In this document: piece after piece, positions 47,898 through 59,193 of the stretch | How positions within the stretch are numbered: position 1 is the stretch's first letter | Layout: every line of letters starts with the position of its first letter | DNA from: Candidatus Omnitrophota bacterium | Lineage (GTDB): Bacteria; Omnitrophota; Gorgyraeia; 2-01-FULL-45-10 | Direction of reading: 5' to 3' | Length of the DNA: 64,000 nt | Assembly: GCA_041663425.1 (NCBI GenBank) | Contig: JBAYMS010000004.1 | Coordinates: 2,213 to 66,212 of the forward strand | Program-made: the position numbers and the translations under genes | The notes under the pieces: model-generated | Database searches by the model: none | Seen by the model: the letters and a program-made list of their open reading frames with translations, nothing else | What the model was told of the DNA's origin: nothing

Positions 47898-47926
47898 TTG
47901 ACAATAATATGATATTATAGTATAAA
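47898..47926 (+). promoter_or_regulatory. Sigma70-like promoter TTGACA-N17-TATAAA upstream of rimP-nusA-infB
   Basis: Hexamers with 17-nt spacer read directly. Confidence 0.45.
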
Positions 47927-47951
47927 TGTTTATACTTTCTTGAAAGGGGGA

Positions 47952-47986
47952 AAGTGGGTTTATTAAAATAGACCCACTTTTTTATT
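47952..47986 (+). terminator. Intrinsic-terminator-like hairpin (8-bp stem AAGTGGGT/ACCCACTT, loop ~12 nt, then TTTTTTATT); either proS terminator or leader attenuator of the nusA operon
   Basis: Stem-loop and U-tract read directly; lies between the promoter-like element and the rimP start. Confidence 0.5.
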
Positions 47987-48004
47987 GGTTTTAAAGGTAA
48001 AAAC

Positions 48005-48457
48005 ATGGAAATCACAGAACAGGTTAACTCTTTAATCGAAAGCTATTTACAAGAAAATGGTATAGAGCTTGTCGAGATAATCTATAGGCGTGAACAAGGC
48101 GGCATGGTATTAAGGCTTCTTGTTGACACTCCTAATGGCATAACTGTCGATGAATGCGAAAAGCTGAACAATTTTTTGAGTGAAGCCCTTGATAAAGAAG
48201 AGGTTGTGGCGGACCATTTTCTGCTTGAAGTTGCTTCGCCCGGCCTTGATAGGGCGTTGGTTACTGATAAGGATTTTGCAAGGGTCATGGGTAAGGAATT
48301 AGACGTAAGTATGTATGAGCCTATAGATGGAAAAAGAGAGCATCAGGGGAAGCTTTTAGGTATGGACCGGGAAAACATTGTAATAGAATCAAACGGTGTC
48401 AGCATAGTTATCCCGAGGACTAAAATAGCGAAAGCAAAACTTAAGATAGAATTTTAG
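48005..48457 (+). CDS. rimP: Ribosome maturation factor RimP
   Basis: 150 aa; conserved RimP N-domain (ELVEIIYRREQGGMVLRLLVD) ; precedes nusA. Confidence 0.9.
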   Translation: MEITEQVNSLIESYLQENGIELVEIIYRREQGGMVLRLLVDTPNGITVDECEKLNNFLSEALDKEEVVADHFLLEVASPGLDRALVTDKDFARVMGKELDVSMYEPIDGKREHQGKLLGMDRENIVIESNGVSIVIPRTKIAKAKLKIEF

Positions 48458-48477
48458 GTAATGGAGAGGCGGACAAA

Positions 48478-49707
48478 ATGAACGAAGAACTATTGACGGT
48501 GCTGGAACATATAGAGCGTGAAAAAGGTATAGATAAAGAGTTTTTATTTAAAGCTATAGAATCTGCCCTTACGAGCGCGGCAAAGAAGATCGTGGGAAAT
48601 AAAGAAGCAGATGTTGTGGCTACTATAGACAGATCCACTGGTTCGATAAAGATCCTGAGCGAAGGTAAAGAGGTTAAATCGGAAGAATTTGGCAGAATTG
48701 CCGCCCAGACCGCCAAGCAGGTTATAATCCAGAAGATACGTGAGGCGGAACGCGATATAGTTTTTGACGACTACCAGAAGAGGCTTGGCACGATAACGAG
48801 CGGTTCTGTTCATAGGTTTGAAAAGGGCGATATTGTAATCGACCTCGGTAAGACCGAAGGCATACTGCCGAAGTCGCAGCAGTGCCCCAAGGATCGCTAT
48901 AAACAGGGTGACAGGGTAAGGGTTCTCATACAAGAAGTGACCAAGACTTCGCATGGGCCGCAGATAATACTTTCGAGAGCTGACCCGATGTTCGTTAAGA
49001 AATTATTTGAGATCGAAGTCCCTGAGATAACGGAAAGCATCGTCGAGGTGCGGTCTATATCCAGAGAGGCCGGTGAGAGGACGAAGATTGCCGTATGGTC
49101 AAAGGACGAGAAGGTTGATGCGGTAGGGGCCTGTGTGGGCATGAGGGGCTCTCGCGTAAAAGATATCGTCCGCGAACTTCAGGGGGAGCGTGTTGATATA
49201 GTCAGATGGAGCGACGATCTGCGTGAATATGTAAAGGCTGCGCTTTCTCCGACGGAAATTTCTGAGATAAAGATAGATAAAACAACGAAGAAGATTGAAG
49301 TTGTAGTGCCTGATGACCAGCTTTCCATAGGGATAGGCAAGCACGGACAGAATATAAGACTTGCTTCCCGTCTCATAGGGTGGGAAATGGATATCCGCGG
49401 TAAGGAAGAGAAGAAAAAGGAAACCGAGGCTGCGGCAAAGGCTAAAGCTGAAGAGGTTAAGGTCGAAGCAGTTGAGGCTCAACCGGAAGTGAAAACTGCG
49501 GAGGAAGTTGTTGTATCCGGAGCTGACATTACAACGCTCGACGGGATAGGTCCGAAAGTGGCGAAAATATTAAAAGCGGCTGGATATGATACGGTCGATA
49601 AAATAAAAAGCCTTACCGCAGAAGAGCTTATTAAGCTCGAGGGTATCGGCGAAAAGACGGCAGAAAAAATATTGAACTCCGCAAAAGAAGGCTTAACAAA
49701 GGAATAA
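48478..49707 (+). CDS. nusA: Transcription termination/antitermination factor NusA
   Basis: 409 aa; N-domain, S1, two KH domains and C-terminal HhH extension. Confidence 0.95.
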   Translation: MNEELLTVLEHIEREKGIDKEFLFKAIESALTSAAKKIVGNKEADVVATIDRSTGSIKILSEGKEVKSEEFGRIAAQTAKQVIIQKIREAERDIVFDDYQKRLGTITSGSVHRFEKGDIVIDLGKTEGILPKSQQCPKDRYKQGDRVRVLIQEVTKTSHGPQIILSRADPMFVKKLFEIEVPEITESIVEVRSISREAGERTKIAVWSKDEKVDAVGACVGMRGSRVKDIVRELQGERVDIVRWSDDLREYVKAALSPTEISEIKIDKTTKKIEVVVPDDQLSIGIGKHGQNIRLASRLIGWEMDIRGKEEKKKETEAAAKAKAEEVKVEAVEAQPEVKTAEEVVVSGADITTLDGIGPKVAKILKAAGYDTVDKIKSLTAEELIKLEGIGEKTAEKILNSAKEGLTKE

Positions 49708-51963
49708 ATGGTAAAAAAGGCGAAAGAGAAAGAAGTCAAAGAAGTTAAGGCTAAAAAGCGCGTTGTGAAACCTGTGGTTTCTGATAAGGTGCCTGAAAAA
49801 ATTAAAGTCAAAAAGGCCGCCGAAAAGGTTATTGAGAAAACTCCGCTGGCTAAGAGCAAGGCTGCCGCACCCAAAAAAGAGACTGTCAAAAAAGAGAAGC
49901 CGGTAATTTCGAACGTTGAAATGGCTGTCCCGGATGTTAAGAAGATAGAAGTGCCGGCAAAAAAGGTTGAGGTTCCGGTAAAAAAGACGGAAGCTCCTAT
50001 TCAGCCTAAGAAAGCAGAACCGGTAATCGCAAAGCCCGTAGTCAGTCCTATCGCCAAAGAAGTGAAGCCGCCGGTTGTGAATAAGCCCGAAGAGAAACCG
50101 ACCCTGCAGGCATCACCCGTTCCGCCATCGCCTGTAATAGAAAAACCTGTAGAGACACCCAAACCGTCAGCGGAAGAATCCAATAAGAAAATTCTAGAAA
50201 TTGAAACTCCTATTTCACTAAAAGACCTCGCCATAAAAATAGGCGTTAAGCCTAATGAAATAATAGTAAATTTAATGGCAAAGAATATTTTTGCCACCAT
50301 AAACCAGTCTCTGGGCGAGGATATACTAAAAGATATTCTTGGCCAATATGGTATCGAGTATCGTAAACCGCCAAAGCTTGAAGATCAGGTTGTGAAAGAG
50401 CATCGAGAGCTTGAAGAAAAGCAGGACATAAAACATCTTGTGTTGAGACCTCCTGTAGTTACTTTCATGGGACATGTTGACCATGGCAAGACAAGTCTTC
50501 TCGATTTTATACGGAAGACACGTGTTGCTGATAAAGAAAAAGGCGGTATAACTCAGCATATTGGTGCTTATGAAGTAAAGCTTAAAAACGGTTCTGTTAC
50601 ATTTTTGGATACGCCGGGTCATGAAGCATTCACGGCTATGCGCGCGCGTGGTGCTAACGCAACCGATATCGTAGTCCTTGTAGTTGCTGCGGACGACGGT
50701 ATAATGCCGCAGACCAAAGAAGCGCTCGATCATGCAAGAGCTGCCGGTGTGCAGATAGTGGTAGCTATGAATAAATGTGATCTTCCAGGTGCTAATGTAG
50801 AAAAGGTTAAAGGTCAGCTGTCTCAGATAGGTTTAACGCCCGAAGATTGGGGCGGTAAGACGATTGCGCTGCCAGTGTCGGCCAAAACAGGTGAAGGTGT
50901 TGAGGCGCTTCTTGAGATGCTGCTCCTCGAATCGGAGCTTCTGGAGCTGAGGGCAAATCCTCATCTTAGAGCGCGCGGCGTAGTTATCGAGGGTAAATTG
51001 TCCAGCGGACAAGGCTCGGTAGCGACAATGTTGGTGAAGAACGGAACTCTTCGTTTGGGCGATATGGTGTTGACGGGTATGCATTATGGCAGGATCAAAG
51101 CTATGATGGATCATACCGGAAAACGCATAAATGAAGCGCCGCCATCAAAGCCGGTAACTATTTTAGGTTTATCGGGCGTTCCGATGGCAGGAGATGAATT
51201 TTTTGTAGTTAAAGACGAGAAGAAGGCAAGGATCCTATCTACATTGAAACAGGACGAGGCCAGGTCTAAAAAACTTAAGATGAGCCAGAGGGTTACGCTG
51301 GAAGATTTCTATAAGCAGATGAAAGAAGGTATTGCTAAAGAGCTTACCATTATCATGAAGGGTGACGTTCAGGGATCTATTGAAGCGCTTAAACAGTCGC
51401 TCAACGAACTTAGCACGAAGGATGTTAAAATAAATATAGTTCACGCAGACGTGGGTAATATAAATGAATCAGATGTTATGCTTGCGGTTGTGTCGAACGC
51501 CGTCGTCCTTGGGTTTAACGTAAAGGTGGACGAGGGTGCGTCTGATCTTGCGGCAAAAGAAGGTATTGAGATAAAGATATATGGAATAATTTACGAGGCG
51601 ATCCAGGATGTTGTGGCAGCTATGGAAGGATTGCTGGAGCCGTTCTCTAAAGAGATATTTGTGGCCAGGGCTCAGGTAAAGCAGGTCTTCAAAGTTACCA
51701 AAGCGGGGACTATTGCCGGATGTGTGGTCGTAAAAGGGAAGATGGTCAGGACCGGCATTGCAAAATTGATACGTGATAAGAACATAGTCTATGAGGGCAA
51801 GATATCATCGCTTAAGAGATTTAAAGATGACGTGCGCGAAGTGAATGAAGGTGTCGAATGCGGTATAGGTCTCGATAGGCATGATGATATCCGTTCCGGA
51901 GATCTCATAGAAATTTATTCTATAGAAAAAGTTGCCCGAAGGCTCGACTCAAAAAAGCCATAA
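49708..51963 (+). CDS. infB: Translation initiation factor IF-2
   Basis: 751 aa; Lys/Pro/Val-rich N-terminus then G domain ([21 protein letters not shown]). Confidence 0.95.
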   Translation: MVKKAKEKEVKEVKAKKRVVKPVVSDKVPEKIKVKKAAEKVIEKTPLAKSKAAAPKKETVKKEKPVISNVEMAVPDVKKIEVPAKKVEVPVKKTEAPIQPKKAEPVIAKPVVSPIAKEVKPPVVNKPEEKPTLQASPVPPSPVIEKPVETPKPSAEESNKKILEIETPISLKDLAIKIGVKPNEIIVNLMAKNIFATINQSLGEDILKDILGQYGIEYRKPPKLEDQVVKEHRELEEKQDIKHLVLRPPVVTFMGHVDHGKTSLLDFIRKTRVADKEKGGITQHIGAYEVKLKNGSVTFLDTPGHEAFTAMRARGANATDIVVLVVAADDGIMPQTKEALDHARAAGVQIVVAMNKCDLPGANVEKVKGQLSQIGLTPEDWGGKTIALPVSAKTGEGVEALLEMLLLESELLELRANPHLRARGVVIEGKLSSGQGSVATMLVKNGTLRLGDMVLTGMHYGRIKAMMDHTGKRINEAPPSKPVTILGLSGVPMAGDEFFVVKDEKKARILSTLKQDEARSKKLKMSQRVTLEDFYKQMKEGIAKELTIIMKGDVQGSIEALKQSLNELSTKDVKINIVHADVGNINESDVMLAVVSNAVVLGFNVKVDEGASDLAAKEGIEIKIYGIIYEAIQDVVAAMEGLLEPFSKEIFVARAQVKQVFKVTKAGTIAGCVVVKGKMVRTGIAKLIRDKNIVYEGKISSLKRFKDDVREVNEGVECGIGLDRHDDIRSGDLIEIYSIEKVARRLDSKKP

Positions 51964-51971
51964 GGATATAG

Positions 51972-52955
51972 ATGAAGAAGCGAATACTTAGCGGTATGAG
52001 GCCGACAGGCAAATTGCATCTAGGGCATCTGTTGGGAGCTCTCAGTAATTGGGTCAGGCTTCAGGATGAATATCTCTGTTTTTACATGATCGCCGACTGG
52101 CATGCGCTCATGAGCGAATACGAAGATCCTAAATCTCTCAAAGAATCATGTTATGAGATGGTCAGGGATTTCGTGGCTTCCGGAATAGATCCGGATAAGA
52201 GTGTTATATTTGTGCAGTCCCACGTGCCGGAGCACCTTGAGCTTGCTATGGCATTTTCAGACATCACGCCGCTGGCGTGGGTTGAGAGGGTGCCTACTTA
52301 CAAAGAGCAGCTGCGCGAGATCAAGGGGCGCGATCTGACGACTTATGGTTTTCTCGGATACCCGATCCTGCAGGCGGCGGATATAGCCGTCTACAGAGCG
52401 AATGCCGTTCCTGTAGGCGTAGATCAGATTCCGCACCTGGAATTGACGCGCGAGATCGTTCGTAGATTTAACGGACTTTACAAGACTAGCCTTTTCCCGG
52501 AACCGGAAGCCATACTTACGAAGACTTCGAAGCTTCTGGGTCTGGATAACAGGAAGATGTCGAAGAGCTATAATAATTTTATCTCCTTATCTGACACTCC
52601 GGATGTGATCAGGAAAAAGGTTAGTGTTATGATTACCGATCCCGGAAGAATAAAGCTCAGTGATAAAGGTCATCCGGATATATGCAACGTGTTCAGTTAT
52701 TATTCGACATTTGCAAAGCCGGGAGATACAAACAAGGTGAAAGAGTGGTGCGAGGGTGCATTAAAAGGCTGCACGGAATGCAAAAAAGGCTTAGCCGAGA
52801 TAATCATTGAGTCTTTAGAGCCGATCCGTACCAGGCGCGCCAAATTATCTGACGCTGAGGTTGAGGACATAATAGTTAAAGGTGCTAAGAAGGCGCGGGA
52901 TGCTGCGTCTGAAACGATGCGTGAAGTTAAAAAGCTGATAAATTTTTTACAGTAA
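51972..52955 (+). CDS. trpS: Tryptophan--tRNA ligase
   Basis: 327 aa; class I HIGH-like (GKLHLGH) and KMSKS motifs. Confidence 0.95.
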   Translation: MKKRILSGMRPTGKLHLGHLLGALSNWVRLQDEYLCFYMIADWHALMSEYEDPKSLKESCYEMVRDFVASGIDPDKSVIFVQSHVPEHLELAMAFSDITPLAWVERVPTYKEQLREIKGRDLTTYGFLGYPILQAADIAVYRANAVPVGVDQIPHLELTREIVRRFNGLYKTSLFPEPEAILTKTSKLLGLDNRKMSKSYNNFISLSDTPDVIRKKVSVMITDPGRIKLSDKGHPDICNVFSYYSTFAKPGDTNKVKEWCEGALKGCTECKKGLAEIIIESLEPIRTRRAKLSDAEVEDIIVKGAKKARDAASETMREVKKLINFLQ

Positions 52956-52964
52956 AGTTCAGTA

Positions 52965-53729
52965 ATGACATATAAAGTAAAGCTTGATGTATTTGAAGGG
53001 CCGCTCGATCTTCTTCTTTATCTTATTCAGAAAGAGGAAGTAGACATATATGATATCCCGATAGCTAAGATCACCGATCAGTATCTGGAATACCTGGAAC
53101 TGATGAAGCTTTTGGACCTTGGTATTGCGGGTGAATTTTTAGTAATGGCTGCAACGCTGATGCATATAAAGTCAAAGATGCTGTTGCCTCCGGAGCCGGT
53201 TGAGGGCGAGGAAAAGGTAGAGGAAGACCCGCGGGCAGAACTGGTAAAGAGGCTTCTCGAATATAAAAAATTTAAAGAGGCTGCGTCGGAACTTTCACAT
53301 ATGGAGTCGCAGCATAAGCATTTCTTTGCGCGAGTCGGACCAGGCATAGATGTAGAAGATCTGCCCAAGGAAGAGGCATTTTTTGAGGCAAGCTTATTCG
53401 ATCTGATAACAGCATTTACTAAGGTTTTAAAAGATATCCCCAAGGAAGTATTCTATAAAGTAGTAAAAGACGAATTTACGGTATCGGAAAAGATACATGA
53501 CGTTCTGCACATGGTTGTTGATCAGAAAAAAGTTTTGTTTACTGACCTGTTCAGAGCTGCCAGGACAAAGTTTGAGATCATAACTATATTTTTAGCTCTA
53601 CTGGAGCTTATTAAGATAAAAGAGTTGATAGTAATTCAGGCAGAGCCCTTCGGCGAGATAGAGATAACGAAAAACGTCGAAGCGGTAAAGCCGTCTAGCG
53701 AGGTTAAAGATGGAGAGGGAACAAAGTAA
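52965..53729 (+). CDS. scpA: Segregation and condensation protein A
   Basis: 254 aa; FEGPLDLLLYLIQKEEVDIYDIPIA N-terminus characteristic of ScpA. Confidence 0.9.
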   Translation: MTYKVKLDVFEGPLDLLLYLIQKEEVDIYDIPIAKITDQYLEYLELMKLLDLGIAGEFLVMAATLMHIKSKMLLPPEPVEGEEKVEEDPRAELVKRLLEYKKFKEAASELSHMESQHKHFFARVGPGIDVEDLPKEEAFFEASLFDLITAFTKVLKDIPKEVFYKVVKDEFTVSEKIHDVLHMVVDQKKVLFTDLFRAARTKFEIITIFLALLELIKIKELIVIQAEPFGEIEITKNVEAVKPSSEVKDGEGTK

Positions 53730-54444
53730 GAAAATAATAGAGGCGCTTCTTTTTGTGAGCGACAAACCTGTTTCTATAGACGCTCTGAAGGATGTGTTGA
53801 AAGAGGTTGAGTCGACGGAGATCAGGTCTATTATAGAAGACCTCAACGGTGAATATGTATCGTCAGGCAGAAGTTTTGCTATAAAAGAAATAGCCGGCGG
53901 ATTTCAAATGTTGACGGATCCTGTATACAGCCGATGGGTATCAGCCCTGTATAAGAGGCCCTCAGACAGGATATCGGGACCTGGGCTAGAGACGCTTGCA
54001 ATAATAGCTTATAAGCAGCCGCTTACCAGAAGCCAGATAGAACTCATAAGGGGTGTCAATGTCGACGGTGTACTGCATACACTCGAGGAGCGTAATCTTA
54101 TACGCCCAAGGGGCAAGCTCGATGCTCCCGGACGGCCGATACTTTATGGCACTACTATGGAATTTTTACAGCACTTCGGATTGAAGTCATTGGATGAGCT
54201 GCCCAAGCTGAAAGAATTTCAGGAGAGCGATCTCGATTTCTCAAAAGACAGGCGCGAAGTTATAAATACGGAAACGGGTAAGCTGCATAATGAAAAAAAT
54301 ACCAGCCCCTCCTCGTCGCCGGAAATAGCGGCGGCTTCCATCGTATCGGAAAATGCCAATGATGCTCAGGGTGATTTGCCGGAGGCGGATAATAACAAAT
54401 CGGAGAACTTAAATGCAGATCAACAAATTGCGCAAAACAGTTGA
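53710..54444 (+). CDS. scpB: Segregation and condensation protein B
   Basis: 244 aa; tandem winged-helix (IIEALLFVSDKPVS...; LETLAIIAYKQPLTRSQIE); acidic C-terminal tail. Confidence 0.9.
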   Translation: MEREQSKKIIEALLFVSDKPVSIDALKDVLKEVESTEIRSIIEDLNGEYVSSGRSFAIKEIAGGFQMLTDPVYSRWVSALYKRPSDRISGPGLETLAIIAYKQPLTRSQIELIRGVNVDGVLHTLEERNLIRPRGKLDAPGRPILYGTTMEFLQHFGLKSLDELPKLKEFQESDLDFSKDRREVINTETGKLHNEKNTSPSSSPEIAAASIVSENANDAQGDLPEADNNKSENLNADQQIAQNS

Positions 54445-55555
54445 TGCTTCGACAGGCTCAGCATCAACGCTGAGCAAGCATTTGTCTTTAACTAGAGCGC
54501 GTCGAAGCGTTGATGCGATAGATTCTCAAGTTCTGAAACTTCTTAATGAAAGAGCTAAGGTTATACTTGGTATAGGTAAGCTGAAGGCGAAGACGAACGG
54601 TGCTATTTATGTTCCGGAGCGCGAGAAAGAAGTTTATAAAAAACTAATAGCCAAGAATGCCGGTCCGCTATCTGTAGAATCATTAAAAGCGATATTTAGA
54701 GAAGTGATGTCCAGTTCTTTTGCGCTGGAACGTCCGCTTGTCATTGCTTATCTCGGGCCTGAATGCACATTTACGCACCTGGCAGGGATAAAGAAATTCG
54801 GATCAAGCGTTACGTATAAAGCTTGCAGTACGATAACGGATATATTCAGCGAGGTTGAAAAGGGTGCGGCCGATTACGGCGTTGTGCCCATAGAGAATTC
54901 TATTGAAGGTGCGGTTAATCATACTCTTGATATGTTTATAGATTCCGACCTTAAAATATGTTCTGAAATATATCTTGAGGTTACGCACAATCTTCTTTCC
55001 AGAAAATGCGATAAGAACAGGATACGAAAGGTGTATTCCAAGTCCGAGGTTTTTGGACAGTGCAGGATCTGGCTGGAGTCTAATCTTCCGCGGGCTGAGC
55101 TCATAGAGGTTTCGAGTACCGCGAAAGCTGCCGAGATCGCCTCGAAGGAAAGTGCTACAAGCGCCTGTATTGCCAGCGACCTGGCTGCAAAGAAATACGG
55201 GCTGAAAGTATTGTGTAAAGCCATACAGGATAATGCGCATAACGTTACGCGCTTTTTGGTTATAGGCAAATATAATGCTATGCCGACAAAAGAAGATAAA
55301 ACATCGATAATGTTTTCGGTCAAGGACAGGGCGGGTGCACTGCATGATATGCTCGTTCCTTTCAAAAAGCACAAGATAAGTATGACCAAGATAGAGTCAA
55401 GGCCGTCGAAGGTAAGGGCGTGGGAGTATTACTTCTTCGTTGACCTTGAAGGTCATTATAAGACTGTCAAAGTAAAAAAAGCGCTGGACGAGCTGGATTC
55501 TCAGGCTTCTTTCGTTAAGATCCTTGGCTCGTATCCCGTAGAAGAAGGAGTGTAG
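54413..55555 (+). CDS. pheA: Bifunctional chorismate mutase / prephenate dehydratase (P-protein) with C-terminal ACT
   Basis: 380 aa; CM_2 helix (IDSQVLKLLNERAKV), PDT domain (TRF...), ACT (ESRPS). Confidence 0.9.
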   Translation: MQINKLRKTVDASTGSASTLSKHLSLTRARRSVDAIDSQVLKLLNERAKVILGIGKLKAKTNGAIYVPEREKEVYKKLIAKNAGPLSVESLKAIFREVMSSSFALERPLVIAYLGPECTFTHLAGIKKFGSSVTYKACSTITDIFSEVEKGAADYGVVPIENSIEGAVNHTLDMFIDSDLKICSEIYLEVTHNLLSRKCDKNRIRKVYSKSEVFGQCRIWLESNLPRAELIEVSSTAKAAEIASKESATSACIASDLAAKKYGLKVLCKAIQDNAHNVTRFLVIGKYNAMPTKEDKTSIMFSVKDRAGALHDMLVPFKKHKISMTKIESRPSKVRAWEYYFFVDLEGHYKTVKVKKALDELDSQASFVKILGSYPVEEGV

Positions 55556-56650
55556 GTGAAGAGTTTAGTTAAACAGAATATATTGAACGTAAAAAATTAC
55601 GTTCCTGGTAAACCCATAGAAGAAGTTGAAAGGGAGCTTGGTATAAAAAATGTTGTGAAGCTCGCTTCCAATGAAAATTGCTTCGGGCCGTCTCCTGTGG
55701 CGATCGCAGCTATACGGGATGCCTTAAGGAAGATAAATAGGTATCCTGACAGCGCCTCTTTCTATCTTAAGAAAAAACTTGCCGCCTCCCTTGGTGTTGG
55801 TGAAAGCAATCTGATATTCGGGAACGGTTCAGACGAAGTTATATGTATGGCAATCAAGGCGTTTGTCTCTGATGGAGATGAAGTTATTATTGCCACGCCC
55901 ACGTTTCTTATATATGAGATAGCATCGACGCTTCAGAATGCCAAAATTAAGATCGTTCCGATGACACAGGATCTGAAATACGATCTTCGCGAAATGAAGA
56001 AGGCGATCACGCCCAAGACTAAGCTCGTATTTATCGCAAACCCGGACAACCCTACCGGTACTTACGTTACAAAGAAAGAGCTGGATGAATTTCTACAGGG
56101 ATTACCGGAAAAGCTGATCGTATTTTTAGACGAGGCCTATTTCGAATTTGCAAATTACAGCTTTAAAGATTATCCTAACGGTATGGACTATATCTCAAGA
56201 CCTGGCATGATAGTGGCCAGGACTTTTTCTAAGGTCTACGGCCTGGCGGGATTGAGGATAGGCTACGCCATAGCTAACCCTGAGATAATAAGTTATATGG
56301 AGCGCGTTCGCGAACCTTTTAATATAAATATTCTCGCCCAGATAGGTGCCGAAGCGGCCCTTGATGATAAGACATTTCTTAAAAAGACGCTATCCCATGT
56401 AGAGATAGAAAGAGAGTATCTTTACGCTGCCTTCAGGAAGATGGGGCTGGAATACGTCAGAAGCGCCACGAACTTTATAATAGTTAACGTCGGGAAGGAT
56501 TGCAAGGAAGTATTTAATGCCTTGCTTAAAGAAGGTGTTATAGTCAGAGACATGAAGGCGTGGGGTTTTGATACGTTTATAAGAGTTACCGTAGGAACTA
56601 AACCTGAGAATAGGAAATTCATAACGGCGCTTAAGAAGGTTATAAAATAG
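55556..56650 (+). CDS. hisC: Histidinol-phosphate / aromatic-amino-acid aminotransferase (class II)
   Basis: 364 aa; [12 protein letters not shown] and PLP-lysine region [15 protein letters not shown]; GTG start; embedded in aromatic operon so may act on aromatic substrates. Confidence 0.8.
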   Translation: MKSLVKQNILNVKNYVPGKPIEEVERELGIKNVVKLASNENCFGPSPVAIAAIRDALRKINRYPDSASFYLKKKLAASLGVGESNLIFGNGSDEVICMAIKAFVSDGDEVIIATPTFLIYEIASTLQNAKIKIVPMTQDLKYDLREMKKAITPKTKLVFIANPDNPTGTYVTKKELDEFLQGLPEKLIVFLDEAYFEFANYSFKDYPNGMDYISRPGMIVARTFSKVYGLAGLRIGYAIANPEIISYMERVREPFNINILAQIGAEAALDDKTFLKKTLSHVEIEREYLYAAFRKMGLEYVRSATNFIIVNVGKDCKEVFNALLKEGVIVRDMKAWGFDTFIRVTVGTKPENRKFITALKKVIK

Positions 56651-56660
56651 GAGCAAATCC

Positions 56661-57677
56661 ATGATTATAGTAATGCGTCCGGATGCGACAAAGAAACAGC
56701 TCAATCATTTAGTAAAAAAAGTTACTGCTCTGGGTCTTAAGCCATGGGTTTCAGAAGGTGTGGAAAGGACCATCGTCGGAGTGATAGGTGAGGAGGATAT
56801 TATAAGGGTCCAGCCTCTTGAGGTTTTCCCCGGCGTAGAAAAAGTCCTACAGATATTAAAACCCTATAAGCTTGCATCCAGGGATTTTAAAAAAGAAGAC
56901 AGCATTATCGATATAGGCGATGGCGTAAAAGTTGGCGGTAGAAAGCTTGTTATTATGGCCGGGCCATGTTCTGTTGAAAACGAGAAATTGCTGATAGATA
57001 TAGCGAAGAAAGTGAAGAAATCGGGCGCAACCGTTTTGAGGGGCGGAGCTTTTAAGCCGCGAACTTCCCCTTATGCGTTCCAGGGATTAGGTTTGAAGGG
57101 ATTGAAATTCCTTGCGGAGGCAAAGAAAGAGACGGGTCTTAAAATAGTCACAGAACTTATGGATATCAGAGATCTTGAGATGGTCCATAAATATACTGAT
57201 ATAATTCAGATCGGCGCCAGGAATATGCAGAATTTCAATCTTCTAAAAGAGGTTGGTAAGACCAAAAAGCCCGTACTGCTTAAACGTGGTATGGCAAACA
57301 CGATAAAAGAATTACTCATGTCGGCCGAATACATACTTTCTGAAGGGAATTTTAACGTAATATTATGCGAGCGTGGGATAAGGACCTTTGAGGATGCCAC
57401 CAGATTTACTTTTGACACGGCGGCTATACCGTTACTTAAGAGCCTGAGTCACCTGCCTGTAATAGCGGATCCTTCGCATGCTACGGGTAAGTGGGGCCTT
57501 GTAACGCCATGTGCCAGAGCGGGCATAGCTGCAGGCGCTGATGGCCTGATAGTAGAGGTCCATCCGAATCCCGAAGAGGCTATGTCTGATGGTGAGCAGT
57601 CTTTGTTGCCGGAAAATTTCGATAAGATGATGAAAGAAGTAAAGAAAGTAGCCATAGCGGTTAATAGGGGGTTATGA
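56661..57677 (+). CDS. aroF: 3-deoxy-7-phosphoheptulonate (DAHP) synthase, type I-beta with N-terminal regulatory ferredoxin-like domain
   Basis: 338 aa; KDO8PS-like core (IMAGPCSVE, ...ADPSHATGK) preceded by ~80-aa regulatory domain. Confidence 0.85.
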   Translation: MIIVMRPDATKKQLNHLVKKVTALGLKPWVSEGVERTIVGVIGEEDIIRVQPLEVFPGVEKVLQILKPYKLASRDFKKEDSIIDIGDGVKVGGRKLVIMAGPCSVENEKLLIDIAKKVKKSGATVLRGGAFKPRTSPYAFQGLGLKGLKFLAEAKKETGLKIVTELMDIRDLEMVHKYTDIIQIGARNMQNFNLLKEVGKTKKPVLLKRGMANTIKELLMSAEYILSEGNFNVILCERGIRTFEDATRFTFDTAAIPLLKSLSHLPVIADPSHATGKWGLVTPCARAGIAAGADGLIVEVHPNPEEAMSDGEQSLLPENFDKMMKEVKKVAIAVNRGL

Positions 57678-58534
57678 AGCGCTTAAATAAAATTGCTATT
57701 ATAGGCGTGGGATTGATAGGCGGTTCGATAGGACTTGCGGTAAAGAGGCAGGGCCTGGCGAAAGAAGTTGCCGGAGTTTTCAGACGTAAGTCTACCCTTA
57801 AGAAAGCTATGAGGCGCAAAGCTATAGATAAAGGTTTCATGAGTATTAAGGATGGGGTGAAAGGTGCAGATCTTATTATATTGGCAACGCCTGTTTCGTC
57901 CATCGTTACCGTTGCGCGGGAGGCTGTAAAATATGCTGAGCCGGGCGCTGTGCTGACCGATGTTGGAAGTACGAAAGAATGGATAGTGGGGCATCTGGAA
58001 AAGATAACCAGAGGTTCTACTGTGAGTTTTATAGGTTCGCATCCTATGGCAGGATCCGAGCATAATAGTGTAGAGTTTTCGCGTGACAATTTGTTAGAAG
58101 CGGCACCATGTATCGTTACCAGGACGGTGCGGACAAATGCGCAGGCTTTATCAAAGGTTGTAAATTTCTGGAAGGAGCTGGGAGCAAAAGTGAAGACTAT
58201 GACGCCGTCGCAGCATGATCATAGCGTTGCGCTTATAAGCCATCTTCCTCACATAGTCGCATTCAGCCTTGCAGGGGCGGTGCCGGAAAAAGAGCTTGTG
58301 TATGCGGCTGAAGGGTTTAAAGATACAACAAGGGTTGCGTCAAGCGATCCTAATTTATGGGCAGACATATTCATAACGAACAAGAAGGAGGCTGTAAAGG
58401 CCTGTCGTTTGTTCGAGATATCATATAAAAATATTCTGAAGGCGTTGGCTAGAAATGATTACAGAGGAGTTGTTGCGGCCCTCAGAAGAGCTAAAACCAA
58501 ACGTGATAAATTTATTTATGGGCCGAAAGTATAG
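57674..58534 (+). CDS. tyrA: Prephenate dehydrogenase
   Basis: 286 aa; Rossmann [14 protein letters not shown] and conserved HPMAG(S/P)E catalytic motif. Confidence 0.9.
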   Translation: MKRLNKIAIIGVGLIGGSIGLAVKRQGLAKEVAGVFRRKSTLKKAMRRKAIDKGFMSIKDGVKGADLIILATPVSSIVTVAREAVKYAEPGAVLTDVGSTKEWIVGHLEKITRGSTVSFIGSHPMAGSEHNSVEFSRDNLLEAAPCIVTRTVRTNAQALSKVVNFWKELGAKVKTMTPSQHDHSVALISHLPHIVAFSLAGAVPEKELVYAAEGFKDTTRVASSDPNLWADIFITNKKEAVKACRLFEISYKNILKALARNDYRGVVAALRRAKTKRDKFIYGPKV

Positions 58535-59189
58535 CGAGCTTGTAATAGCGATAGACGGGCCTGCCGGAAGCGGCAAGAGTACTGTATCTAAACTGGTGGC
58601 TAAATCTCTGGGTGGCGTTTATATAGATACCGGTGCGATGTATAGGGCGTTGACTCTAAAAGCTATGAGGGGAGCTGTTGATCTTAAGAATGAAGCTGAC
58701 CTAACTAAGCTTGCAAGATCTACAGAGATAGACCTGAAGGAAGAATCTGGTTCTTTAAAAGTTTATCTGGATGGTGAGAATGTTGCCGGCCTGATAAGAA
58801 CGCCGGAACTTACCAACAATGTCAGGTATATCGCACGCGTGCCCGGAGTCAGGGAAGAGATGGTCAGGCTTCAGAGGTCTATAGGGCAGAGGCATGGTGC
58901 GGTGCTTGAAGGCAGGGATATAGGTACGGTAGTTTTCCCGGATGCTGATTACAAATTTTACCTGGATGCTGATCCTGATGAGCGGGCAAGGCGGAGACAT
59001 AAAGAGCTGATCGAAGCAGGGCAGCCGGTAAATTTTGACGATATAAAAAAAGATGTTATAAGCCGTGATGAGTCGGACATGACGAGGTCGGTCGGTGCTT
59101 TGAAGAAGGCAGATGATGCGATATCGGTCGATACGACGAGGCTTTCGATTGACGAGGTTGTAAAAAAGATTTTGTCTTATATAAAATGA
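58518..59189 (+). CDS. cmk: Cytidylate kinase
   Basis: ~223 aa from ATG 58518; P-loop IAIDGPAGSGKST; overlaps tyrA 3' end. Confidence 0.9.
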   Translation: MGRKYSELVIAIDGPAGSGKSTVSKLVAKSLGGVYIDTGAMYRALTLKAMRGAVDLKNEADLTKLARSTEIDLKEESGSLKVYLDGENVAGLIRTPELTNNVRYIARVPGVREEMVRLQRSIGQRHGAVLEGRDIGTVVFPDADYKFYLDADPDERARRRHKELIEAGQPVNFDDIKKDVISRDESDMTRSVGALKKADDAISVDTTRLSIDEVVKKILSYIK

Positions 59190-59193
59190 TCTT

